The notes under the pieces were generated by a model. It ran no database searches and was not told the DNA's origin. It saw only the letters and a program-made list of their open reading frames with translations. Below, piece by piece: positions 1-8,410 of a stretch of 32,000 bases of DNA (its first letter is position 1; each line of letters starts with the position of its first letter). The translations under genes and the position numbers were made by a program. Source of the stretch: an archaeon (GTDB lineage: Archaea > Asgardarchaeota > Thorarchaeia > Thorarchaeales > Thorarchaeaceae); the NCBI GenBank assembly GCA_024275415.1, contig JAJRZD010000120.1:11548-43547 (forward strand). The letters run 5' to 3'.

Positions 1-336
1 CTGCTGGGAGCCATTCGTGATCGATACATTGTTCCACCCCTCATCACAGTCGATTGGAATAGACCTCACATCACACAACCGTTTTGCTAGAGTCTTCAAG
101 AACCAAGGTTGTCCACCGGTTGGCCCATAGTTGAAATCATCAAGAGCAAGCTTGGAGTCCTCAAGATACCTTACACTGAGATCCTGCATGATCTTGGCAA
201 AAATATCTGTAGGCATGATGCCGGGTTTGCCACCGGCGAAGTAGTACTTCACCTTGTATCTCAACAACGCCCTAATCTGGGACTCTGCAATGAAAGAGGT
301 CCAACTAGAAAAACTATATCCATTACTGTTTGCCAT
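1..336 (-). CDS. PLP-dependent aminotransferase class I/II (LysN/Aro8-like), N-terminal part; runs off the window start
   Basis: Not in the ORF track because there is no stop in the window. Manual translation from ATG at 336: MANSNGYSFSSWTSFIAESQIRALLRYKVKYYFAGGKPGIMPTDIF...DDFNYGPTGGQPWFLKTLAKRL...NVSITNGSQQ. The FAGGxP, YGPTxG and ITNGSQQ motifs are typical of fold-type I aminotransferases. Confidence 0.8.
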   Translation of the reverse strand, partial: MANSNGYSFSSWTSFIAESQIRALLRYKVKYYFAGGKPGIMPTDIFAKIMQDLSVRYLEDSKLALDDFNYGPTGGQPWFLKTLAKRLCDVRSIPIDCDEGWNNVSITNGSQQ

Positions 337-360
337 AAGGATTTACTCCGTCGCCAATGA

Positions 361-445
361 GGCATCCGCTATTGGATCTCTGCCTGATGCATGTACAGAG
401 ATGTACATGACCTGTGTCATTTCACGAACACCTTGCCTATATCCT
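361..445 (-). promoter_or_regulatory. Putative promoter and palindromic leader/operator of the aminotransferase gene
   Basis: Minus-strand GGAAAAGGATATAGG (purine-rich BRE-like plus TATA-like) near 437-450. Perfect inverted repeat CATGTACA-N4-TGTACATG at 390-409, with further short hairpins at 407-420 and 361-384. Confidence 0.35.
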
Positions 446-496
446 TTTCCAAGAGAACATCGTTTTTCGGGTCGATTTGTGAGGTGTGATGCTCAC

Positions 497-1288
497 TTAT
501 GTACGCACGCCCATCGCCACATTGAGTGCCTTGGCGGCACTTGCAGGGTTATCTGCATTGACAATAGAACGAGCAACAATGACATAAGTCGCGCCAGCGT
601 CCAATGCCTCTTTGGCACTCCCACCTTGAGCCCCAATCCCCGGACAGAGAATAGGAACTTCATCACCAAGTACTTTCTTAATCTCCATGATTTTCTCGGG
701 ATAAGTAGCCCCAACGATGACCCCGTCTACATCACGTTTTCGGGCAAGCATTGCAAATCTCAGGTAGAGAGGTTCTGCATTCTTCCCCTTCGGGTGATCG
801 GAAACATAGAGGCCATATCCCTCAGCAGAAGCAGGATGCGACATATAGCAAAGGGTGATGATACCCTTTTGTTTTTCCTGTGCCATCTTGAACACACCGT
901 CTAGACCTCCTTCCCAGCCAACGAAAGGATTCACGATGATAGCATCGAATCCTGCATCATAATAGTAGCGTGCGATGTGCACATTGGTATTGCCAATGTC
1001 ATTGATCTTACAATCCATTATGGCAGTGAGTCCAAGGTCATGGATGCGGTCAAGGATTCGCGGGATGCCATCAAAAAGCCCTAATGGAAGGACGAGATGA
1101 CGGTTAATCTTGAAAGCAACGGCATGTTCTGCAGTGGATTCCACTATTCGAATTGCTTCCTTCTCAACACGTTCCCTTTCAGCAGAGCGTTCTGCCTGCC
1201 CCTTTGTCATGTCAGCAACAAGATCAAGACCTATGATCAGTTTGCTCTTCCGGACAAAACTGGCAGCAGCAAGCTTACGTTTGTACAT
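497..1288 (-). CDS. pyrF: Orotidine 5'-phosphate decarboxylase
   Basis: DCKINDIGNT (DxKxxDIxNT catalytic motif), N-terminal IIGLD, VGAT, and PGIGAQGGS. Confidence 0.95.
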   Translation of the reverse strand: MYKRKLAAASFVRKSKLIIGLDLVADMTKGQAERSAERERVEKEAIRIVESTAEHAVAFKINRHLVLPLGLFDGIPRILDRIHDLGLTAIMDCKINDIGNTNVHIARYYYDAGFDAIIVNPFVGWEGGLDGVFKMAQEKQKGIITLCYMSHPASAEGYGLYVSDHPKGKNAEPLYLRFAMLARKRDVDGVIVGATYPEKIMEIKKVLGDEVPILCPGIGAQGGSAKEALDAGATYVIVARSIVNADNPASAAKALNVAMGVRT

Positions 1289-1330
1289 CTCTCAAACACC
1301 TACTCGCGTACTCCATATAGGGCGGTCATA

Positions 1331-1338
1331 CTTTATAT
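1331..1338 (+). promoter_or_regulatory. TATA-box-like element in the divergent pyrF / membrane-protein intergenic region
   Basis: CTTTATAT about 35-40 nt upstream of the GTG at 1373; GGTGA ribosome-binding-like site at 1362-1366. Confidence 0.4.
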
Positions 1339-1372
1339 GAGATGCGATGACAGACAGACATGGTGAGTATCT

Positions 1373-2419
1373 GTGTCCCCAGACTGGCTTTACACACGGT
1401 TAATAGTCGTCATGGTCGCAATTATTGGCCCAATCTACTTCTTCCTTTTGATGTTACTCCTGCCATTCCAGATGGCACCATTTGGCGATCCGTTATACGA
1501 CACCCTGTTTCACTTTGTTGCGGCGCCAGCGATATTCTCTCTGACATGGATTGGCCATATATACTACTCAAGATACAGGTTGGCTAACACTGTACACCAC
1601 ATGGATGAAACGATAGATGCGGTCCCACTGCGATGGAGGATATTCTATGGGACAAATGCAGCCTTTGTCATCGGGTTCTTCGTCTTACCCATGATCATCG
1701 CACCTCTTGCAGTCCTCTCAGGACTTTACATAGCATTCCGTATCTTTCATACAATCGGCATCGGAAAAATGGGAGGTGGCAAAGCTGCTTCTGCTCTCGG
1801 GATTATCGTTGCTATTGCATTGAGCATCCTGCCTGCACTGGTGGCCATCCAATTCATCCCGCTGTACCTTCAGGTCTGGGAAGGGATACTTGCAGCATGG
1901 AGTGGTTTCTGGTTCAAGGTCGTTTATGGATTCGCACAATGCATTGTGAATGCTCTCAGCTTTGGAGCTCCGGTCTACTTCATCTATTTCGGCGCGCAGG
2001 AGTATGACAGGGGAGTATACGGCACGGTCTACACGCAGACACCAACAAGATGGATCCGGTTCGGCGAGTTGATAGTATTCACCTTCTTTCTTGTCCTGTA
2101 CCTCCCACCTATTCCCACACCGTTTGGCTTTGACATACCATTCGCTGATATGTCATGGCTCTTCTTTAATTACATCAACTGGATATCCCTTTCAATTGTG
2201 GCCATCATGATACTGATCAAGAAGAGGCTGGGTGTCGCGAATGACACCACTATCGGAGGGCCTGTCAACATCATCATCGTGGCGCTATTCCTCATCGTGG
2301 AGATATTCTTCAAGCTGAACGTACTTATCGTCACGTTGACTATCTGGATGGCATTCGTACTATTTGCAGTAATATTCACGGTGAACTTCCTACGGGCATC
2401 ACCAAGGGAGATGTACTAG
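1373..2419 (+). CDS. Uncharacterised multi-pass membrane protein (roughly 9-10 hydrophobic segments)
   Basis: 348-aa ORF with repeated long hydrophobic stretches; GGTGA upstream of the GTG start; 2-nt gap to the NUDIX gene. Confidence 0.75.
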   Translation: MSPDWLYTRLIVVMVAIIGPIYFFLLMLLLPFQMAPFGDPLYDTLFHFVAAPAIFSLTWIGHIYYSRYRLANTVHHMDETIDAVPLRWRIFYGTNAAFVIGFFVLPMIIAPLAVLSGLYIAFRIFHTIGIGKMGGGKAASALGIIVAIALSILPALVAIQFIPLYLQVWEGILAAWSGFWFKVVYGFAQCIVNALSFGAPVYFIYFGAQEYDRGVYGTVYTQTPTRWIRFGELIVFTFFLVLYLPPIPTPFGFDIPFADMSWLFFNYINWISLSIVAIMILIKKRLGVANDTTIGGPVNIIIVALFLIVEIFFKLNVLIVTLTIWMAFVLFAVIFTVNFLRASPREMY

Positions 2420-2421
2420 TC

Positions 2422-2862
2422 ATGTACAAGAATCCGAAACCAACCGTTGACATCGTTATCCTCGATGGAACGCGAATCGTACTGGTAAAACGGGGGCGGG
2501 AACCATTCAAAGGAAAGTGGGTGTTTCCGGGCGGCTTCATCGACCATGGTGAAACAGCAGAACATGCAGCTGTGCGTGAGGCAAAAGAGGAAACAGGGAT
2601 GGATGTTGAGATTATAGGACTGCTTGGAGTGTATTCTTCGCCGGATAGGGATCCAAGAGACCATCACCTCAGCATCGTGTTCATTGCCAAGCCTATTCAG
2701 GGCTCACCGCTCGGAGGGGACGACGCCGATGAGGCAAAATGGCATGACCTACACGAGCTCAGACCTGGGGATTTGGCGTTCGACCACGACTTGATGGCCA
2801 GTGACCTCGGAAAGTGGATAGAAGACCACTCCCTGACTTTCTGGTCTACTAGGCAACGATAA
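2422..2862 (+). CDS. NUDIX hydrolase (ADP-ribose pyrophosphatase-like)
   Basis: Complete Nudix box GGFIDHGETAEHAAVREAKEETG; also YSSPDRDPRDH, GGDDADEAKW and LAFDH motifs. Confidence 0.93.
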   Translation: MYKNPKPTVDIVILDGTRIVLVKRGREPFKGKWVFPGGFIDHGETAEHAAVREAKEETGMDVEIIGLLGVYSSPDRDPRDHHLSIVFIAKPIQGSPLGGDDADEAKWHDLHELRPGDLAFDHDLMASDLGKWIEDHSLTFWSTRQR

Positions 2863-2870
2863 ACAAAAGG

Positions 2871-3230
2871 TTATTCGAGCGCCAAGATTTCCAGTTTCTC
2901 AGCAAGCTTGATGACAGGCAGATGGACTACCATAGGCTCAGAGTCGATGGTGTTTGTGAACTCCAATGACTCCTTGGGGCGCGCCTTGTATGCAAGGAAT
3001 GTTCCTGCTGGGGGAGAATCACTTTCGGTATAAATCCACATTGGTAGGCCGTACATCTCATAGTAGCCGTGATTTGAGATTAACGTGCCGTAGATATGCT
3101 TACCTTGGTGTTCGAAATACAGCATACTTGCAGGCCTGTCCCTTTGGGACCAGGAAACTAGCATCCTTGCCAAATCGGTCATTGAAGATATCTTCAGGTT
3201 CACTGGGGGACGGATGTCGGATTTGCTCAT
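2871..3230 (-). CDS. Small conserved-looking archaeal hypothetical protein
   Basis: 119-aa ORF with a globular alpha/beta pattern and GYYEMYGLP motif; palindromic TATA-like CCTTATAAGG at 3260-3269 upstream. Family not assigned. Confidence 0.7.
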   Translation of the reverse strand: MSKSDIRPPVNLKISSMTDLARMLVSWSQRDRPASMLYFEHQGKHIYGTLISNHGYYEMYGLPMWIYTESDSPPAGTFLAYKARPKESLEFTNTIDSEPMVVHLPVIKLAEKLEILALE

Positions 3231-3498
3231 TGTGGGTCATGTTCGTTGCGTATTTTGCACCTTATAAGGACATTCATACATCAGGCTCTCTGTGAGGTTT
3301 CCGCACTTTCTGCTCGTCGGGAGATGCATAATCCTCTTCATCTAGGAAGATATCAGGGAGGGAGAAGAAATTGGGGAGCGCCAACGATGTTTCTGAAGAA
3401 TCTTGCAGAAGGGGCTAAAAGGAGAGTAGTACCGTTCATTGTGTTTTTTGCAAATCGACTTTTTCATACTTTTCCCGATATCAACGAGTTATCCGGGT

Positions 3499-5757
3499 CT
3501 AGCGTCCCTGTGCCAAGCGAATCTTGTCCATCATCGAAATGACCTGCTTCTTGTTATCACCCACGATGACAACAGGAATACTGACAGCGTCAAGTGAAAT
3601 ACCGACGGAAACAGACGCTCTCATTCCGTCCTTTCTAAGAAGAATGTATGAGAAATCATTCTCGGTCTGGACTCGGATGACCTTCATGCCAGCAGCCATG
3701 AGAACACCAAGGACTTTTTTCAGAAGCCGGATCGGATCCACACCCACACTATGGACAGATTCAACTTCACGGTGCTTCACTTCCGAATCGAACAGGAAAC
3801 TATGTGATGTAGGATTATATAGCACACTCCTTTGCATCGCCTTGCCTAGAAGGGATCTTGCTATTGTGGGGAATGACTTGATCTGGATCGAAGATAGGTC
3901 AATCTGAGCATCAACGTCATCGCCTACGGGGGACTCGGGAATGTCTGTGATAGGTTCTGGTTCTTCCTTCTCGGTACGAGGTGCTGGAGTCTCAGTGATA
4001 TGGAATTCCTGCATCCGCTCCATGAACACCTTCTCAACATACTGTTGCATCCAGTCATCTAGGATCTTCCAGTCCTCTTCACTCAGTTGGATGGGGGGGC
4101 GAGGGACATCAGGTAGCACGTCTTCTATCACTTCTTCCTCTGTCACTTCTTCCATGATGTTCTCTTCATATCGTTTCTCTGGAGGCAAAAGTCGTGCAGC
4201 TTCGAATAAGCCAGAGAGCCGGTCTGCGCCACCATGTTGCGATACACGAGGGCGTACCTGCATCAGGAAACCCCGTTTGTTCTCTGTGACCTGATCGAAG
4301 ACCAACGCCACGCCTTGGGGCAGGCTACTGATGAAGACCTTCTCTTTGAATTGGTCGAGCATTACGGCGGGCGCTCGTTGATGCAATGCCCTGATATCGC
4401 CATCATGTGACAATGAATGGGAGATTATGAGGTCAGCCTGCGAGATGGCATCATCAGAAACCGCGGAGGGCTGCTGCGTACAGAGGACAAGGCTGCATCC
4501 AAAGCGTCGGCCAAGCTTGGCATATGCAACTATAGCGTCCTTTGCAGGCGTACTGCCGGAACGGGGAACCAACGTGTGAGCCTCGTCAATAATGAGCCAC
4601 GTTGGCGGGAGCTCCTCACGTGCACTTGTCCCGTCATCCGTCCACGCCATCCGATATGTCAACACCTGCCTGCACAGCATGTTAGTCAGGATGGCAAGAA
4701 CGGCCTCTGCATCAGAGCCAAGCGGTGCGACATCAATGATTGTGATCTGTCCTCCAACCGCTAGGTCTTGGGCACTGGTGCCTCCTTCATAGAATACGCC
4801 CAAGCGGTCTGCACTCTTCAAACGTTGTATGAGGGCAGTCCGTGTGGACGCCTGATAAAGCTCGATTATACGGGGGTGCTTCTCGATGCAGCGGATCATA
4901 TCCCTGATACTGAAGTCGCGTTTCAGTGAAACTTTTTCGCCATCCTCAAGAACATATCCCTTCCTGACGAACTCGAGGACATCGCTGATCAGATTGTCCA
5001 TCGTTGTACTGAGTTGTCCGCCTTTCTCGAGGACATAGCCCCAGTCACTTGAGGTGAGTTCTTTGGGGCTGATTGCCAGTGGATACAGGTTCTCTCGTTT
5101 CTTGACATCATCTGGAAGACCCATATAGGTGCTACGAGGAATATATACCGCAGCCTGTAACCCACAGGCATCGAGACCCCACTTCTCGAGGAGATCCTTC
5201 TGCCCCTCGTTCGGATCAGTCATTTGGCGGAACACATCCACAGTGTCGATTACAACAGCGGCAACCTCAATCTCCTGTCGTTCCATCGCAAGCGCCAGTT
5301 CCTCTGCGATGACACCAAGCGTGTAGCTCTTGCCAGATCCCCTTTTGCCTGCAACAAAAAGAACGTGTGGGCTCATCAAGTCGAGATAGACGGGTGTTCC
5401 AAAGAGTGATGCTAACACATCATCAGAGGTCTCAGTGACCGCGCCAATCAACCCCAGACCGAAACGTGGAAACTTCGAATTGAATGATTTTGTGCGACCC
5501 AAGATGACTCCCATGTCATTATCAATAAGAAGGGCCAACTCATCCGTGACTCGGGGATGATACTCAAGTACGTGTTTGGAAAGCAGATTGATCGGCCCCA
5601 AGATAGGCTCCTCGCTTGCCTCAGATGGAGTGTCGGTTTCGTCATTTGCTCCGGGTGGTAGTTCGCGTTCGTCCAAGGAGTACCCCCTTGTTCGAGAGAT
5701 GACGAAATCCAATAAAGCTTTGGTGGTGGGCACTAATCGAATAATAGCACTCAGCAA
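3499..5757 (-). CDS. HerA/FtsK-superfamily P-loop ATPase (DUF87/COG0433-like) with acidic linker and extra C-terminal domain; probable start is TTG at 5676
   Basis: Walker A AGKRGSGKSYT, Walker B WLIIDEAH, GRRFGCSLVLCTQQPS (arginine-finger/sensor motif of the HerA/FtsK clade). AGGGGG lies just upstream of TTG 5676. Confidence 0.88.
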   Translation of the reverse strand: MLSAIIRLVPTTKALLDFVISRTRGYSLDERELPPGANDETDTPSEASEEPILGPINLLSKHVLEYHPRVTDELALLIDNDMGVILGRTKSFNSKFPRFGLGLIGAVTETSDDVLASLFGTPVYLDLMSPHVLFVAGKRGSGKSYTLGVIAEELALAMERQEIEVAAVVIDTVDVFRQMTDPNEGQKDLLEKWGLDACGLQAAVYIPRSTYMGLPDDVKKRENLYPLAISPKELTSSDWGYVLEKGGQLSTTMDNLISDVLEFVRKGYVLEDGEKVSLKRDFSIRDMIRCIEKHPRIIELYQASTRTALIQRLKSADRLGVFYEGGTSAQDLAVGGQITIIDVAPLGSDAEAVLAILTNMLCRQVLTYRMAWTDDGTSAREELPPTWLIIDEAHTLVPRSGSTPAKDAIVAYAKLGRRFGCSLVLCTQQPSAVSDDAISQADLIISHSLSHDGDIRALHQRAPAVMLDQFKEKVFISSLPQGVALVFDQVTENKRGFLMQVRPRVSQHGGADRLSGLFEAARLLPPEKRYEENIMEEVTEEEVIEDVLPDVPRPPIQLSEEDWKILDDWMQQYVEKVFMERMQEFHITETPAPRTEKEEPEPITDIPESPVGDDVDAQIDLSSIQIKSFPTIARSLLGKAMQRSVLYNPTSHSFLFDSEVKHREVESVHSVGVDPIRLLKKVLGVLMAAGMKVIRVQTENDFSYILLRKDGMRASVSVGISLDAVSIPVVIVGDNKKQVISMMDKIRLAQGR

Positions 5758-5789
5758 GACTCAAAACAGAAGGAATTGAGACCTGAGAT

Positions 5790-6572
5790 ATGTCAAACAC
5801 CATCGAGGATGGCTCATACGTTTACATTTTCCTTGATGCGAAGAGGAACTGGATAAGAAAAGTCCAAGCTGGGAATAAGTTCCATTCAAACAAGGGTATC
5901 ATCGATTTTGACGACCTGATCGGACGACCCTTCGGAATACGTGTCCAGAGCCATTCGGGAACCATGTTCCAAATACACAAGCCTAGTCAGAATGATATCC
6001 AAATCTCAATGGGAAGAAACACACAGATAATCTACCCAAAGGACGCAGCCACAATAATCAATGAAACGGGGATATGCTCGGGGTCTCGTGTGGTTGAATC
6101 AGGAACTGGTTCGGGATCTCTCACATGGGTGCTCTCAAGAGCCGTTGGTACAACAGGACATGTCTACACCTATGAAGTGAGAGAAGACATGTACAATGGG
6201 GCAAAGAAGAACCTTGAGCGCTATGCAGACATGGAACGGATAACGATGCACAATAAGGACATCCTCGAAGGCATCAACGAGATTGAGGTGGATGCAGTGG
6301 TTCTCGATCTGGCGACTCCGTGGCTGTTGGTTGATGAAGCGCACCGTGTCCTGAAGGCAAGTCACTTCCTCGCAAGCTATAGCCCGACCATTGAACAGGT
6401 CATGAAGACCTGCAAAGCCATGCATGAGAGCGGGAAGTGGGGGATGGTCAGAACGCTAGAAGTCCTCCAACGAGAAATCATGGTGCGGGAGGGAAAGACC
6501 CGTCCTACCACATGGATGGTGGGACACACAGGATACATGACGTTTGCACGTTCAATGTCAACCGACAAGTAA
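5790..6572 (+). CDS. trmI: tRNA (adenine-57/58-N1)-methyltransferase
   Basis: RNTQIIYPKD, SAM-binding ESGTGSGSLT, DAVVLDLATPW, SPTIEQV, GHTGYMTFAR. Confidence 0.95.
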   Translation: MSNTIEDGSYVYIFLDAKRNWIRKVQAGNKFHSNKGIIDFDDLIGRPFGIRVQSHSGTMFQIHKPSQNDIQISMGRNTQIIYPKDAATIINETGICSGSRVVESGTGSGSLTWVLSRAVGTTGHVYTYEVREDMYNGAKKNLERYADMERITMHNKDILEGINEIEVDAVVLDLATPWLLVDEAHRVLKASHFLASYSPTIEQVMKTCKAMHESGKWGMVRTLEVLQREIMVREGKTRPTTWMVGHTGYMTFARSMSTDK

Positions 6573-6794
6573 ACGCGGACAACATTTCAAACTGCTGAAC
6601 TTCATAAAGGGGGACGGGGAGTGAGATTTCACACAGGTATCAGATGAGAATATGACAATTGGCGCATCGTCCAATCATAATGAATTATGTATTCTCTGCA
6701 AACCAATACTGTGTTTTGAAAAGTGTAAGGTAACAAGACATTTGGAACAAGTGGGAGTCACAGGAAACCACCACATGTAAACGTGATTAAGATA

Positions 6795-7027
6795 ATGAGC
6801 TCCGTGACTCACCGAGAACGAATTGTGAAGTATTCCCTTAAGAGACCTGTGACTGCAGCCTCCATGGTGTTCGGTGGTTCCAGGTCTTCCGTCTACCTTG
6901 GCGCAAGGCCTACTCCGAAGGAGGTCGAGAAGGACTGCGGCCCGTGTCCACGGCAATCCGTGCATCGTTGGGCAGGAGAGCATACGATGGTTCTTACAAC
7001 ATTTTAGGATTAAATTTCTTGAGATAG
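6795..7027 (+). pseudogene. Frameshifted remnant of a transposase N-terminal HTH (IS481/IS630-like)
   Basis: Frame 1 reads RERIVKYSLKRPVTAASMVFGGSRSSVY (TAC at 6894-6896). After a 1-nt shift (CT at 6897-6898, TGG at 6899) it continues WRKAYSEGGREGLRPVST. The joined peptide matches the 'AARxFGxSRxTVYxWxKRYxEGGxEGL' transposase HTH pattern. No DDE domain follows. Confidence 0.6.
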
Positions 7028-7250
7028 TAATATGAAAACACGAATTTTCTGTTGAGATATACTTGTCATTTATACATACCAATGCAATCGCTAGCTCCGG
7101 GTTTCGTGTGGTCGGGTAAAGAACTATCACAAAATCGCTTATGCGGGTACTTTCAGGAGCCGTTAGTACAACTGGACAATGCAGTGAACATTTGGAGATT
7201 TCATCATCTAACTATGACAATAGACGGCCCTTCCAGTGCCACTTGGTCAA

Positions 7251-7670
7251 CTATACGGGATCAATGACATCTATTGTTGGTACACGTTTGAAAGCATGGT
7301 CATGGGTCATTATCTTGTTAATGGATTCTTTCTCCATCGTGGCCAAGATTGATGCATCCCGCCCACCAATCCCCAAGTGCGAATATTCACATAGTTTCTC
7401 TCTTGTCAGGTTAAGAGTTTCCACATCCAATGCATATAGGGGGATTTCATAATCCATGAAAACACGTGCTTTCTCTCCGCCTGCCAAAGGGCCTAGGCGT
7501 TTGATAAGATAATGAAGAGTTTCAACCACAATAGTACCATTGATGGCAGCTCGTCCCTGTCGTAGTGCGACCTCAACCGGTTTGATGACTTGTGTATGCT
7601 CTGAGAGAGTAGTATCAAAATAATAGGCCCAAATGTTGGTATCGATGAGGATCAAGGTACAGTTCTCCAT
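7251..7670 (-). CDS. vapC: PIN-domain ribonuclease toxin (VapC family)
   Basis: ILIDTNIW, ETLHYL, GGRDASILATM and IMTHDHAF carry the four acidic PIN positions; overlaps the upstream antitoxin gene. Confidence 0.92.
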   Translation of the reverse strand: MENCTLILIDTNIWAYYFDTTLSEHTQVIKPVEVALRQGRAAINGTIVVETLHYLIKRLGPLAGGEKARVFMDYEIPLYALDVETLNLTREKLCEYSHLGIGGRDASILATMEKESINKIMTHDHAFKRVPTIDVIDPV

Positions 7671-7885
7671 ATCTCCTTTAGCTTCAGTGGATCCAAATCG
7701 CCTTCAACTGTGATGCATCCTCTCAGCTCTTCCATGAAGACATTCAAATCAACTGCTTTCGTTATAAGCACGCCGTCCTTCGTCGGTGTGATACGAACAC
7801 TATCTCCAGGCTTGAAACCTGCTTTATCACGCAGCTCCTTCGGGATTGTGATACGGCCGCGTTCGTCTACTACATTCTTACCCAT
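7652..7885 (-). CDS. AbrB/MazE/SpoVT-family antitoxin (VapB-type)
   Basis: VDERGRITIPKELRDKAGFKPGDSV swapped-hairpin motif; directly upstream of and overlapping the PIN gene. Confidence 0.92.
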   Translation of the reverse strand: MGKNVVDERGRITIPKELRDKAGFKPGDSVRITPTKDGVLITKAVDLNVFMEELRGCITVEGDLDPLKLKEIWRTVP

Positions 7886-8358
7886 TTAACCACCCATTCC
7901 CATTTCCAATCCCATATCTTTAAGCCTTTTGCATCGTTATTGGATGCAGAATGGTCGAGCCTAGGCTATGCTATAGATAATTGCAGTAGCATGTTTTCCA
8001 GAATGTTGGTTCGAGGTTTGAGTACGTTGGGAAAATGACCCAGATATGTCATTCAGACCACCAAGATGAGATTGATGGTCTTTCTTAAGAAACAAATAGA
8101 AATCGAGTAAGGATCATGTGACAGGCTCAAATCATTTCTTAGACATTGTATTAGGTTACAAGGACAGTCAATTCGGTTCTGTGGAAAAAGTCCACCAACC
8201 AAAATTACTTGATACGATTGGCTCGCCGTTCTTATTTGGGTCGCCTGAAAAGTGACAAAACCGCGTGTTAATCTTACAACTTCCGTCCATATCATTCGAC
8301 TTGTTCCATAGAGCCAGTCAATTCCAAAACCTTATAACTGGACAAACCCTTTTGATAT

Positions 8359-8398
8359 GTTGACGGTTGTTGTCGATTGTTGTCGATAACTGACGGTG
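8359..8398 (+). repeat. Four helically phased imperfect 10-bp direct repeats in a promoter region
   Basis: GTTGACGGTT / GTTGTCGATT / GTTGTCGATA / ACTGACGGTG, located between a TATA-like CTTATAAC (8331-8338) and the ATG at 8411. Confidence 0.65.
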
Positions 8399-8410
8399 GG
8401 ACTGCGCTAA

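Noticed and set aside
254-904. 216-aa plus-strand ORF and other long antisense or overlapping ORFs (for example 12932-13597, 6675-7130, 19644-20174)
   Set aside because: They lie antisense to or out of frame within clearly identified genes or elements and have no recognisable motifs, so they are shadow ORFs.
3246-3542. 98-aa plus-strand ORF in the HerA-downstream gap
   Set aside because: No motif or RBS; it overlaps the HerA stop and the promoter of the 2871-3230 gene.
6992-8280. TCTTACAAC at 6992-7000 and 8272-8280 as possible ends or target duplication of an island containing the TA pair
   Set aside because: A single 9-mer match is expected by chance over this distance in AT-rich DNA, and there is no longer similarity.
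8053-8295. 80-aa minus-strand ORF upstream of the TA pair
   Set aside because: No recognisable pattern or RBS; probably non-coding.
8359-8398. Tandem repeats as a mini-CRISPR array
   Set aside because: The units are 10 bp with no spacers and there are no cas genes; treated as operator-like repeats instead.
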